Part shown: one piece after another, positions 8,147 to 17,460 of the stretch | How positions within the stretch are numbered: position 1 is the first letter of the stretch | How the letters are laid out: each line of letters opens with the position of its first letter | Program-made: the position numbers and the translations under genes | Notes under the pieces: model-generated | What the model was told of the DNA's origin: nothing | Databases searched by the model: none | What the model saw: the letters and a program-made list of their open reading frames with translations, nothing else | IMG/VR virus record: IMGVR_UViG_3300036985_003812 | Span: 1-36,692 of that record | Direction: 5' to 3' (one strand) | DNA from: a virus | Lineage: Duplodnaviria > Caudoviricetes | DNA: 36,692 nt

Positions 8147-10603
8147 TCACCCTTGGATCACTGATCCACTGAAGCCCCCGTTACCGGTGTTTCCCCCAGC
8201 ATCTCGACGGGCTTTTGTTTCAGCCCTGTACCGATCAAAGATCTTCAGCAGATCCGAGGGGGGAGTGTCTTCTGGCAAGGCCCACACCTCGTTCAGTATG
8301 TCACTCCCGTATACATCTGCAGGTCCAAAGACGGCTTCTCCTTTACGGGAGGGAGTCAGAGTTTTAATGTGGTTAAAGATGGACTGTATTCCCGCCGGAG
8401 ACACGTCAGACGAGGCCATCCCTTCACTCAGGGCTCTCGCGAAACCGCCACTGTCCATGTCAGAGGTTACCCCAAAGTCCCGCAGAACAGGAGAATTTTC
8501 CAGGTTAGCTACCCGAGTGTCTTCCCTTGCCTGTCGATTCTCCACGGTATCCGGGGCGTTAGTAGAGAACGGACTCCCCTGTACCGGGTTATCTCTGGCA
8601 CCCAACCCGGCTTTCATCCGTGCCACCTGTTCAGGGAACATGCCCTTGGCCTTAGGTGACAAAGGGTTCATTCCCTGACCCACCATGTGCTTAAACTTCA
8701 CGTCAGCACGTCGCTGTGTTTCTGCAGCCTTCTCAGCAGCCTTCTCAGCCCTGCGTTCCGGCGTCAACGGGATGTACCCCTGTCGTTTCAGGTTCGCGTT
8801 CTGACGGGCCAACACTGGGTCGCTGCTTGGCGGAAGGAACGAAACTTGATCCCCGTTCTTGTTGGACCTGTACCCAACCGCAGGTGCCTGGTTGATCTGG
8901 TGATACTCCGGTTGTGTACCGTAGCCCTGTGGGATACGGTACATCGACCCTTTTTCTACTCCCGATTCCATAACCCCGATCGCTCGTGCATCCGGGAACC
9001 GACCTCTCACTGGGTTGTCCATCTGAGCAGCCCGTTGAGCAATCGAGAACTTCTCTTCCGAGGACATCCGATTCGGATCTGCAGCGAGACCGTTGTACCC
9101 GTTCGCATAGACGCCATCGATCATCGGTTGATCCGCATCCCACGGCAGATTACCTGCCCTACGTCCAGCCTGTGTTGACGTACTGGGCAGAGCCCCTTCT
9201 CGGATTGATCCTTGTGACGGCCCAGCATACGGAGCGGCAGGGGCTGCTCCCGGTGCCACTGGATTCTGTTGAGGGGTTACTCCCTGCTCAACTCGTCGTT
9301 CCAGTTCAGCGAGCATAGCTACAGCTCCTGGTCGGGTAGGTGTCCTGTCTCCAGCAGCGTTTGCAGCAGCACGACGGCGTTCCGCTTGTGCCCAGAACGC
9401 TGCGTCTCTCGCAGCCTCCCCGCGTGAAGCGTTCCACTGTTCCATCTGGTATGCGTTCAACGGAGTACCATCCGGGTTCGCGTTCTTTCCGGTTGGAGCC
9501 TGCCGGTTGGGATCGTACGCAGAAGGAGACACGAAGTTGGGATCGGTGCGACGGCGTTCCGCTTGTGCCCAGAACGCAGCGTCTCTTGCAGCTTCTCCCC
9601 GTGAAGCTCCCCACTGTCCCATCTGAGAAGCGGTCAACGGGGTGCCATCGGGGTTCGCGTTTCTTCCAGTCGGTGCTTGCCGATTCGGGTCGTATGCAGA
9701 AGGACTCACATATCCGGGCGTCACTGGATTCTGTTGAGGGGCCACTCCTTGACCACTTCGTTGCACCGGGTCACCCGGAACCGGAGGGACAGGCACTGCT
9801 GGGTTCCGAGGATACGTCTCTGACCCGCTGCTCATCATGGACCGATCTTGGACTGGTCCTCGCCCCTCGGGGCCTTCACCCTCTGTGTCGGTATAACGAA
9901 ACGGGTTCGCCCCAGGCAACGCTCGATACCCGTCAATCAAACCCTGGATGCCCTGAGGAATAAGACCGGGGGAAGATGAACGTGGTCTCTGCACAGCGTG
10001 ATCGGTGTTGATCGGGTTGTAGTAGGAGGCGCTGTTGTCCCCGTCGTACTCCAGACCAGATCGACCAGCAGCCTGGGGCACGGGGCCAACCGATGTCTCG
10101 GGTGGAACTTGAAACAAGCCTGTCCCGCCGACGGGGCTTCTTATCCCTGATCCAATGGGTGTATTGGGGTTGTATCCGCCAGACGTGTTCTCAAAACCTC
10201 TCGTGATCGCTGCCTCGCGAAGGGTATCAGCTCCGCGTGTGGCTGCAGAATCCGCCCACTTCCCGTTCACCAGGATCGGAGCGTACTCACCTGTCAACGG
10301 GACAGGACTGTTCAAGTACCCGTTGTGTACGTCATCTGCTGACTCCGTTGCCCCCGGATTAACGGCTAGATCTCGTCTTGTACCGAAACGAGGTTTAGGA
10401 CCCGCCTTGTACGACCTCAGGAAATCCGCCGGGGACTGCTCACGAAGCTGATAGTCTGGTTGGACGGGGTTCCCGTATCGAACCGGTTTAGTGGTACGAG
10501 TGTTCCAGTCAAACGCACTCACGGCTCCGGGTACGACCATGCCGTTCCGTGTGTACGAGTTCTGTGGGTTGAACAAAGAGCCGCCGGTTCGTGGTCGTGC
10601 CAT
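8147..10603 (-). CDS. Low-complexity putative internal virion/ejection protein with internal duplication
   Basis: 818 aa, Pro/Gly/Ala/Gln-rich, no Cys; GGAGA RBS; directly upstream of the 1628-aa gene. Confidence 0.6.
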   Translation of the reverse strand: MARPRTGGSLFNPQNSYTRNGMVVPGAVSAFDWNTRTTKPVRYGNPVQPDYQLREQSPADFLRSYKAGPKPRFGTRRDLAVNPGATESADDVHNGYLNSPVPLTGEYAPILVNGKWADSAATRGADTLREAAITRGFENTSGGYNPNTPIGSGIRSPVGGTGLFQVPPETSVGPVPQAAGRSGLEYDGDNSASYYNPINTDHAVQRPRSSSPGLIPQGIQGLIDGYRALPGANPFRYTDTEGEGPEGRGPVQDRSMMSSGSETYPRNPAVPVPPVPGDPVQRSGQGVAPQQNPVTPGYVSPSAYDPNRQAPTGRNANPDGTPLTASQMGQWGASRGEAARDAAFWAQAERRRTDPNFVSPSAYDPNRQAPTGKNANPDGTPLNAYQMEQWNASRGEAARDAAFWAQAERRRAAANAAGDRTPTRPGAVAMLAELERRVEQGVTPQQNPVAPGAAPAAPYAGPSQGSIREGALPSTSTQAGRRAGNLPWDADQPMIDGVYANGYNGLAADPNRMSSEEKFSIAQRAAQMDNPVRGRFPDARAIGVMESGVEKGSMYRIPQGYGTQPEYHQINQAPAVGYRSNKNGDQVSFLPPSSDPVLARQNANLKRQGYIPLTPERRAEKAAEKAAETQRRADVKFKHMVGQGMNPLSPKAKGMFPEQVARMKAGLGARDNPVQGSPFSTNAPDTVENRQAREDTRVANLENSPVLRDFGVTSDMDSGGFARALSEGMASSDVSPAGIQSIFNHIKTLTPSRKGEAVFGPADVYGSDILNEVWALPEDTPPSDLLKIFDRYRAETKARRDAGGNTGNGGFSGSVIQG
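9372..9709. repeat. Intragenic direct repeat, two ~161-bp copies, period 177 bp (59 codons)
   Basis: 9372-9532 vs 9549-9709; encodes VSPSAYDPNRQAPTG...DAAFWAQAERRR twice (49/54 aa identical). Confidence 0.9.
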
Positions 10604-10751
10604 CAGACTATCTCCAGAAAGAATATCAGGTAACGCAGCATATCCTGATTACCAGCCACAGTCCAGACCCAACGAAGCGAGCCGCTATTGGTCGTCACCG
10701 GCTCTCCCATGCACTGCTGCGTTTGTGCGGTGCATTACTCCGCAGCCGTAA

Positions 10752-11435
10752 CTATGACTTTATGAATTCCCTAAGCAGATTCAGCGTGCTTGGCAGGGAA
10801 GCCCTGACCCATCTCCGATATGCCACCATTGCTGCCCTGGCGGTTGGCTGTTTATTCGTGATTGCGTAGGTGGAATCCCATTCTGATTTTCCAACGGAGT
10901 AGTGTCGGTGATCAACCTCCACATGCCCGCAATATCGAAGTGATTGCATTCCGTTTCCTATGCTTTTCCAACTGTTGTCGCAATATAAATGTGGAAGCTC
11001 AGGCGGCGACAAGAACCCGAGCGACCTCACAATTTTTGCGTCAAAACATGTCCCATTGCTTGGCAACCTGAATCCTTGGATTCCATCATCTGGGTAGCTG
11101 ATCCCCATAGGAACATCGGCGATAGCATCTATCAATAGCTCATCCCATCCATGCGTGACAGGGATAACGTCATCTGCCATGAAGATAATGAAGTTGTAAT
11201 CCATCATCTTGCGGACAGCAACAGCATTGAGCTTTGGGGTCATGCCTGCAAGACCATCGGCTGACCCAACATCATACTCAACACCCGGGTACCTGAAGTA
11301 AGAATGTTCTTCGTCGCTATCAATAGCAACCACGATATCCGAGGTCGTGGACTTACTTAACAAAGCATCCATCGTGTCTGCGATTCGTAATGCTCGCCCT
11401 CGTGTCGGGAGAATTATCACTGACCTGTATTTCAT
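10752..11435 (-). CDS. Glycosyltransferase, GT-A fold (GT2-like)
   Basis: N-terminal SVIILPTRGR, IVVAIDSD, acidic motif IIFMADDV, later HLYCDN and HRHY. Confidence 0.8.
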   Translation of the reverse strand: MKYRSVIILPTRGRALRIADTMDALLSKSTTSDIVVAIDSDEEHSYFRYPGVEYDVGSADGLAGMTPKLNAVAVRKMMDYNFIIFMADDVIPVTHGWDELLIDAIADVPMGISYPDDGIQGFRLPSNGTCFDAKIVRSLGFLSPPELPHLYCDNSWKSIGNGMQSLRYCGHVEVDHRHYSVGKSEWDSTYAITNKQPTARAAMVAYRRWVRASLPSTLNLLREFIKS

Positions 11436-11668
11436 CCGGCAGGTTGCTCCGCAAAGATTTTAGCCAGTTGTAACTCAATATCCTTTGCCACGGTTGGAAT
11501 GTCAATTCGTGGGAAGTGTTTCGTGACGACGCGCAGATGAACCTTCTCGCCTGTAACTCGTGCGCGGATCAGTAGCTCGCCGTCAATCAGATCTGAACCA
11601 AACTCCATCGCATTAAACTCTATGGATGTGTCTTTTGGTTTTCGTGGTCGCTTCGATGCCTTTTTCAT
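11432..11668 (-). CDS. Hypothetical protein
   Basis: 78 aa; ATGA overlaps with both neighbours. Confidence 0.65.
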   Translation of the reverse strand: MKKASKRPRKPKDTSIEFNAMEFGSDLIDGELLIRARVTGEKVHLRVVTKHFPRIDIPTVAKDIELQLAKIFAEQPAG

Positions 11669-12180
11669 ATCTTACCTTCAGGGTTAGTCCAGACAGCCAG
11701 CACGTCATCATCCTGACCTTTGACTGTCCGAAAATCTAAAATTGTCGATCCGTCCATTCGGCTCATTCTGTCAACAGCCTCTTGGTTTCTTAGATCCTCA
11801 ATCACGTAGACTCCTGATGGGCTCAGGAATTCACGCAAGTAATAAAGACCAAGGGCTTGACTATCCTCATCATGACTTCCATCGTCAATGATCAAATCAA
11901 ACGTCAGATTATTCTCGCGGCAATAGCACACAACAGGTGAATAGTCTGGAGTGGTTGTGATGATCATTGGAAATTTGCATCTGCGTTCCTGATCCACACC
12001 AAGAAGCCGAATCGTTGAATCGTGCGTCCTCCATGCTGAAAGACTCCAGCCCTTATAGATTCCAATTTCAAGCACCGATCTGATTTTGTTTAAGTCTGTT
12101 ATCCTGTCATAAAATGGACCGTAGCTGTGGCGTGTATTTTTGTCTGAACCGCATTCCGTGAATGCCTGCGATATCTTCAT
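11665..12180 (-). CDS. Class I SAM-dependent methyltransferase (sugar O-methyltransferase-like)
   Basis: SDK..HSYGPFY, VLEIGIYKGWSL, LLGVD, FDLIIDDGSH, GVYVIED. Confidence 0.85.
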   Translation of the reverse strand: MKISQAFTECGSDKNTRHSYGPFYDRITDLNKIRSVLEIGIYKGWSLSAWRTHDSTIRLLGVDQERRCKFPMIITTTPDYSPVVCYCRENNLTFDLIIDDGSHDEDSQALGLYYLREFLSPSGVYVIEDLRNQEAVDRMSRMDGSTILDFRTVKGQDDDVLAVWTNPEGKI

Positions 12181-12869
12181 TTACTTACCTGCTTTAGAAA
12201 TTCTGGCATAACGATATCGTTCCACCGACCGCGACGGAAGTCACGTCTTCGCATGTTATCCATGAACAAACAGTGTGCTTCTTTATTCGTCGCTAAATCA
12301 CCGGGCCACCACTCAGCGTACCATCGGTCCCATTCGCGATGCCCTGCTCTCCAATTTCTTGCGAACACTGCCGCATTCTGAAACCAAAAGAACGTTCCGG
12401 CAAAGAACCAGCGATAGGCATCAGGTTCGCGAGACGCTCCTTCTTGAATCTTAAACGCTCCTGCGAAGACATGAGTTTCCATTGCCTTGTCTACTGACTT
12501 GATATCCATGCAGATTCTCCACATGACGTCAGCCCACTCATGTTCTACTTTTCCTGATGGATGCGATACTCCTTTGCAATGCCCTCTAAACGTGATTCCA
12601 GGTTCCCACTGAATTCTCTCCAGCATTTTCACGAACGTAGTTGACTCATGCACATGTGTGTTGCCTTCAATGACCCAGTCTGTTACCGAGATTCCTTTCA
12701 TGGCATCCTGAACTGTCTCTGGTGATTCAAGCCCTTCGCCGCGAACAATCCCTATTACGATCTTTCCGTTGAACAGATGAGCGTGCGACCTGATATGACT
12801 GACATGCTTCCGCCAGACTTCGCCTCCGCTAATTAGCGGGCAAACATGAAACAACATGTGCCGCTTCAT
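12177..12869 (-). CDS. Uncharacterised putative glycan-modifying enzyme (HxKG...GxFFW type); start moved to ATG 12869
   Basis: ATGA overlaps at both ends; motifs GHCKGVSH, FFAGTFFWF, RWYAEWW; lies within the GT cassette. Confidence 0.55.
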   Translation of the reverse strand: MKRHMLFHVCPLISGGEVWRKHVSHIRSHAHLFNGKIVIGIVRGEGLESPETVQDAMKGISVTDWVIEGNTHVHESTTFVKMLERIQWEPGITFRGHCKGVSHPSGKVEHEWADVMWRICMDIKSVDKAMETHVFAGAFKIQEGASREPDAYRWFFAGTFFWFQNAAVFARNWRAGHREWDRWYAEWWPGDLATNKEAHCLFMDNMRRRDFRRGRWNDIVMPEFLKQVSK

Positions 12870-13585
12870 TGCAGCACCCTGCCCCTGCGTGCAGGCCGCA
12901 TCCCGGCAACAGATGGTCTCCATGTATTTGATCGGCCTGCTGTGTGATAGTAATTAAGTGTCTCTGCGTCCAAGCTGTCACGTTTGTCGTACCACGGCAT
13001 ATGCCTGGCTTGATATTCACCACCAAGGCGAACACATGTCGCACCCGTTTTCATTGCTCGCTTGTGCCAAGTTGATCGATGATACATCGCAAATGTTGTA
13101 TCAATTGGAGCCCAAAAGAAACGCGGATCACACTCAACAACATGCTCCCAGAATTGCCTCTCCCACCGCAACACCTGATCTTGAGTTTCTGGAACATCAT
13201 CGATACGCAAACTCAAGCCTGACTTAATGACGTAATAGTCTGACTGAAGGAGAGACCATTCTGGCTTACTCCACTGAAACGGAATCTGTAAAATAGATGC
13301 CACATCCTTCGGAACACCGTCAATGTCAATATCACAATCCGTGACAATATAGAATTCGCTGCTTGTATTCAGCACCGCCCCTGATCTCCACGGCGCGTGA
13401 TGCCCCATGTTGTGTTCCAGCCGAATGACCTCATACGGACAGTTTGCGTACCAATCCAAAAGCGGACCCCACGTCGAGGCGTTGTCAACAATAATCGGAG
13501 TGCAGTCATCCAGCGATGCAACCTGTTCACAGAGCCGCCGCGTTGTTGTCAGACGATTGAAGACATTGACATAAACAGGGATCAT
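12866..13585 (-). CDS. Glycosyltransferase, GT-A fold (GT2-like)
   Basis: VYVNVFNR, IIVDNAST, NMGH, YIVTDCD (DxD). Confidence 0.8.
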   Translation of the reverse strand: MIPVYVNVFNRLTTTRRLCEQVASLDDCTPIIVDNASTWGPLLDWYANCPYEVIRLEHNMGHHAPWRSGAVLNTSSEFYIVTDCDIDIDGVPKDVASILQIPFQWSKPEWSLLQSDYYVIKSGLSLRIDDVPETQDQVLRWERQFWEHVVECDPRFFWAPIDTTFAMYHRSTWHKRAMKTGATCVRLGGEYQARHMPWYDKRDSLDAETLNYYHTAGRSNTWRPSVAGMRPARRGRVLQ

Positions 13586-16161
13586 TTAAGCCTCTGTAAA
13601 ACACAAAGCTGATCGCCGTACAGATTGCAGATCCATCCGTCCGGAGGGGAGGACACCCACTTTCTGGCAGTTTCCAGCATGTTTGGAGATTCATCCACCC
13701 ATCGAGACTTTCCAACACGAATAGCGTGAAGGCTTTCTATGACGTAATACCCACCGATTTTCACACGCTTAGAGTGAACATTAAAGGCGGTCCGCTGATC
13801 TGTTGATCGATGGCTTGCATCATCAATGATGATATCAAATTCCCACCCAAACCAAATATCATCCTTCACATCTGCAAGGTGAGTTACGATCCGCTTCCCG
13901 CCGACTTTTCGATCTTTCCTGTCTACGCCATGAATAATGGCATTAGTAAAATACTGTTGCCACATTAGCAGACTTGATCCAACCCCCAATTCAAGAACGT
14001 GAGTAACTTGATCTTTAATCTCAGAAAACAAACTCTCATACACCAGTGAATACTGATGGCTATGAGAGGGACCATTGACTCCCTTGTCTGTTTTGTGCAG
14101 ATCGGCCAGTGATGTGAGATCACCACCAGATTGAATCATCGAGAGGACATTCTTATCAAATCGACCGTTGTTTGATTTAAGCTCAGCGATGTTGTTTTCG
14201 GCTTCACGCGATCGCGTCAGTGACTGCTTCAGAGCTGCATATCCATAAGGAAACAGATCTTCATTCAGAACAACTCGTCCGCTTCCAAAGTTTCTTGAAA
14301 CATCACTAGGCAGCGTTCCACTCAGCACTCCATAATGCCTGACCCACATCCAGTGCGGGTCCTCACTCACCACTATCGATGGCATCAGGCTCTGAAAATA
14401 CTGGTGCGCGAAACTGTATGGTGTCAGCCTTGTGTTGCTTTGCAATGTGACGAATTGATTCTGAGGGTTCTTCCACAAATACGATATTCCATCCGCCCAT
14501 GTGTATCCATTTGGAAACACAAATGTGCATTCCGTTCCATCAAACGGCTGCTCTGAAATCAGCCGCACAAAATCCACAGAAATCATATCATCATCATCAA
14601 TACGTGATGTGCGTCTCCAAATTCCATCGTGAGGTTGATTGTACCACGTTGTGGGAGCAATCGTTGTCGGCGCGATTGACTGGAACGCTTGCCGCTTCTC
14701 CTCGCACAGCGGATCTGATGAAGCACAGATCAATTGAACATCAAACGTCTTGCTTGTCTGCTTTTCCAATGAGGGGATCAACGTCCTCTTTGTTATCTCC
14801 CATCTGTATGCTGACATTGCAGGATCGGAATACGAACTACGAATCTGAATCAGAAGTCTTGGCGAGTTACCAATTGGCTTTCCGACTGACACCACATTCG
14901 CTAAGCCAATGGGTCTCAACCCTCTACCCTTTGACTTCTTCGGTTTAACTGCAGGCTTTTCTGATACATTCACTTTTGTTCCAACCTGTGCTTCGAGCGG
15001 AATAGAATGATCAGCACATCTAGCACAGTTCCTTCGCCCTGAATTTCCGCCATGCTTTAATGTTGACACCCGAGATACGTGCTGAACAGGAGATGGGTCA
15101 ACGAAAAACATCTTCAGTTTCAACTGGTTCAGTACGTGCCCAGCGACGTAATCGCTGTTATTGATCAGCGACGGGTTCTCTCTTCTGGCGGCGTAATACT
15201 TATCAACTCGCTCCTTCCGCAACTCGGGGTTTTTCCTTTCATCGAACAGCACTTTAGGAGACAACCCAAGCCACGTTCTTGATATTTCATGATCAACTAC
15301 AGCCTGCAGTGCTTCGCGTTTCCAGACAACAGCACATGTCCCCCACCAGCATTTCGTGTAGACATGGTTGATTCCTGTAGGTCGCTGAATGTCCGGCTTC
15401 AATTCCGAGTAGTGCGCTGCTGTGTAGAGGCTGACAATCCCTGTGTCTTTTGTCGGCCAGAGGCAGTGCTTCTCTACAAACTCTCTTGAGTCCGGATGAA
15501 AGAGTGAGTCATCCTGTACTGTCATGATGATACTAGCGGTTGTTTTCTCTAACATGTACTTCGCGCTGTAGTACCAGTTATGCCAGCATCCACGCTTCGT
15601 CTCATTCTGGATGACATTAACGCCGGGTGGAACATCAGATCCTGGCTCTGCGAATACCACAGGATCGTACCAGCCCGCTGTGATCAATGAATCAAGACAT
15701 ACCGCCAGCGTGCTTTCATTCCCGCGAGGAGCTGTCGTTACTGCTACAGCCCACTCGGAATCAAGGTTGCTGAATGGTGAGCCTTTAAGGCGAGCGACAA
15801 AGGATTCCTTGAGTGCGTATCCTTTCAGCAGTCCAATAAGAGCAACCCTGACCCCTGTGCGAAAAAACAAAAGCCTTCTTGCTTCCGCTTCTTTTTCCAG
15901 CCATTCAACAATCTTATCAATGTTGTCCAGACACCACGCTGTACCCTTGTTATCCATCACTTTTGCATGGCGGCGACAATAACAACTTGATGATGACTTG
16001 ATCCCAATGAAATCAAACATAGCCAAAAGGACAGTACCAGGACCTGTCGGAACAATAGCCTCCTCAACCTTGCTCCGCTTACGATCCGCGACTATTAATG
16101 ATGGAGAAGCGACTGGGGGGACCCCACCATTCTCTGCCATCCATTTCTGATATCTATTCAT
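13582..16161 (-). CDS. Multidomain enzyme: Cys-containing N-terminal domain + GT-A glycosyltransferase + putative rhamnosyltransferase-like domain + SAM methyltransferase
   Basis: WAVAVTTAPR and IMTVQDD (GT-A); LIPSLEKQT..FD and TSRIDDDD (putative rhamnosyltransferase-type); TDK..HQY, VLELGV, IHGVD, DIIIDDASH, GGYYVIE (MTase). Confidence 0.8.
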   Translation of the reverse strand: MNRYQKWMAENGGVPPVASPSLIVADRKRSKVEEAIVPTGPGTVLLAMFDFIGIKSSSSCYCRRHAKVMDNKGTAWCLDNIDKIVEWLEKEAEARRLLFFRTGVRVALIGLLKGYALKESFVARLKGSPFSNLDSEWAVAVTTAPRGNESTLAVCLDSLITAGWYDPVVFAEPGSDVPPGVNVIQNETKRGCWHNWYYSAKYMLEKTTASIIMTVQDDSLFHPDSREFVEKHCLWPTKDTGIVSLYTAAHYSELKPDIQRPTGINHVYTKCWWGTCAVVWKREALQAVVDHEISRTWLGLSPKVLFDERKNPELRKERVDKYYAARRENPSLINNSDYVAGHVLNQLKLKMFFVDPSPVQHVSRVSTLKHGGNSGRRNCARCADHSIPLEAQVGTKVNVSEKPAVKPKKSKGRGLRPIGLANVVSVGKPIGNSPRLLIQIRSSYSDPAMSAYRWEITKRTLIPSLEKQTSKTFDVQLICASSDPLCEEKRQAFQSIAPTTIAPTTWYNQPHDGIWRRTSRIDDDDMISVDFVRLISEQPFDGTECTFVFPNGYTWADGISYLWKNPQNQFVTLQSNTRLTPYSFAHQYFQSLMPSIVVSEDPHWMWVRHYGVLSGTLPSDVSRNFGSGRVVLNEDLFPYGYAALKQSLTRSREAENNIAELKSNNGRFDKNVLSMIQSGGDLTSLADLHKTDKGVNGPSHSHQYSLVYESLFSEIKDQVTHVLELGVGSSLLMWQQYFTNAIIHGVDRKDRKVGGKRIVTHLADVKDDIWFGWEFDIIIDDASHRSTDQRTAFNVHSKRVKIGGYYVIESLHAIRVGKSRWVDESPNMLETARKWVSSPPDGWICNLYGDQLCVLQRLK

Positions 16162-16742
16162 GTTTCCTTCTTTATACCACGGAGAAGGACTGTCAGACCA
16201 CAGTTCTCATTTGTAAACGAGTCAACAGACCAGTCTGCATTTTCACTCAAAAATCCGTGCATTGCAGACAGTAAACCGGGACCACCGTCTTCACCTCGCT
16301 CACCGAATAACTCTGTGTCATGCAGCACGATCCAGCGGTGAACCTTGTCGGCATGTCTGCGGAGTTCAGTTGTCAACTGATCGGCTGTGTGAAGTGAGTC
16401 AATGAATAGCAAATCACACGGTTCAATATCGATGGTTAAAGAATCACCAATGACAAACTGAAATTCTGTTTTGCCTTGTCGTGATTTCAGAAACTCTGCA
16501 ATCGGGTCGTATCTCAGATCATAGGAGATCATTCGCTTCGGCTGCCCGGCGAGCAGCGAGACTGTCGATACGCCCTTACGCATACCAAATTCAATCACCA
16601 CATCTGAATGGCTTGCGAGTCCCTTCAGTTTATCACAGTGTTCATTGATGTCGGACGGTGAGGTGCGAGCCATCTCAAACATGTCATCCAACGTCATTGT
16701 GGTAGTGGCGAGGAATCTTCGGCGATTCATAGAAACACGCAC
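16158..16742 (-). CDS. Class I SAM-dependent methyltransferase (Methyltransf_24-like)
   Basis: SDINEH, VIEFGMRKGVST, SYD, GDSL, DLLFIDSLH, IVLHDT; start uncertain (16742, 16730 or 16697). Confidence 0.85.
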   Translation of the reverse strand: MRVSMNRRRFLATTTMTLDDMFEMARTSPSDINEHCDKLKGLASHSDVVIEFGMRKGVSTVSLLAGQPKRMISYDLRYDPIAEFLKSRQGKTEFQFVIGDSLTIDIEPCDLLFIDSLHTADQLTTELRRHADKVHRWIVLHDTELFGERGEDGGPGLLSAMHGFLSENADWSVDSFTNENCGLTVLLRGIKKET

Positions 16743-16765
16743 TCTTTCTGGTTCAGCCTTAATCT

Positions 16766-17458
16766 CTACGGTTCATCACGATCATCAGGTTCGGTGACAC
16801 AATCTGATGATCGGCTTGAACTGGATGGTTCTTCGTAGCCATCCAAAATATCGAAGCACGCCCATTCGAGCCTCAGGCCCGATGGGCCACCATAATCACC
16901 AACACCGTAGTATCCGTTTTTGACAGTTATCTCAACTGTGTTCGTGCCATGCACAAACTGCGCCTGAGCGTGCGTGATCTCGAATGCGAGGCAACCCAGC
17001 GTGAGCGTATTGTAAAACGAACCATGATAGATGTGGCATTGATCAACTCCATTCACTTTCCATCCACCAGCCTTCACATAGTTGTCTGCCGAGTATTGAC
17101 CACTAAGGACTATCCGCGACAAACACGCTCCTGGCGCGATCTCAAACTCTGTTGTAAATACAATCTCTGTTCCGTCTGCACCACCAACGGTCGCATCGTC
17201 AGAGCCATCACAGACAGAGCTAATCCACAACGCATCAGTTGGTGAACACCCATATCCGAACTGATTTATCGCGCGAATGATTTTTGCAGGAGAGCCATTG
17301 GCATCCCAATACAAGTCTCTCAGACATGTGTTTCCTTCGCCATCTGCTGACCCGGCAGTGCCATCGTCGATTCCAGTACCATAAAGGCCGGTGACGTAGT
17401 TACATGCCGTACAGCATTCACAGCAATTTTGTTGTCCGCTAGAGCTGGAGCCTGGCAT
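16766..17458 (-). CDS. Cys-rich protein with a galactose-binding-like jelly-roll domain (putative tail-tip/receptor-binding)
   Basis: CCECCTAC at the N-terminus; FTTEFEI...SADN..VNG...FVHGTNTVEITVKN...GPSGL matches the sugar-binding beta-sandwich pattern. Confidence 0.55.
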   Translation of the reverse strand: MPGSSSSGQQNCCECCTACNYVTGLYGTGIDDGTAGSADGEGNTCLRDLYWDANGSPAKIIRAINQFGYGCSPTDALWISSVCDGSDDATVGGADGTEIVFTTEFEIAPGACLSRIVLSGQYSADNYVKAGGWKVNGVDQCHIYHGSFYNTLTLGCLAFEITHAQAQFVHGTNTVEITVKNGYYGVGDYGGPSGLRLEWACFDILDGYEEPSSSSRSSDCVTEPDDRDEP

Positions 17459-17460
17459 AA

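Noticed and set aside
9372-9709. Repeat pair as a diversity-generating retroelement TR/VR
   Set aside because: Differences are mostly synonymous and not adenine-specific, both copies are in one ORF, and no reverse transcriptase is in the window.
10604-10751. ~150-bp gap with a 16-codon ORF and an ATCAGG/CCTGAT inverted repeat
   Set aside because: The ORF is too short to support and the stem is weak; it may be regulatory, but no ncRNA can be called.
16698-16730. MNRRRFL resembling a Tat signal on the methyltransferase
   Set aside because: No hydrophobic h-region follows, and the start codon is uncertain.
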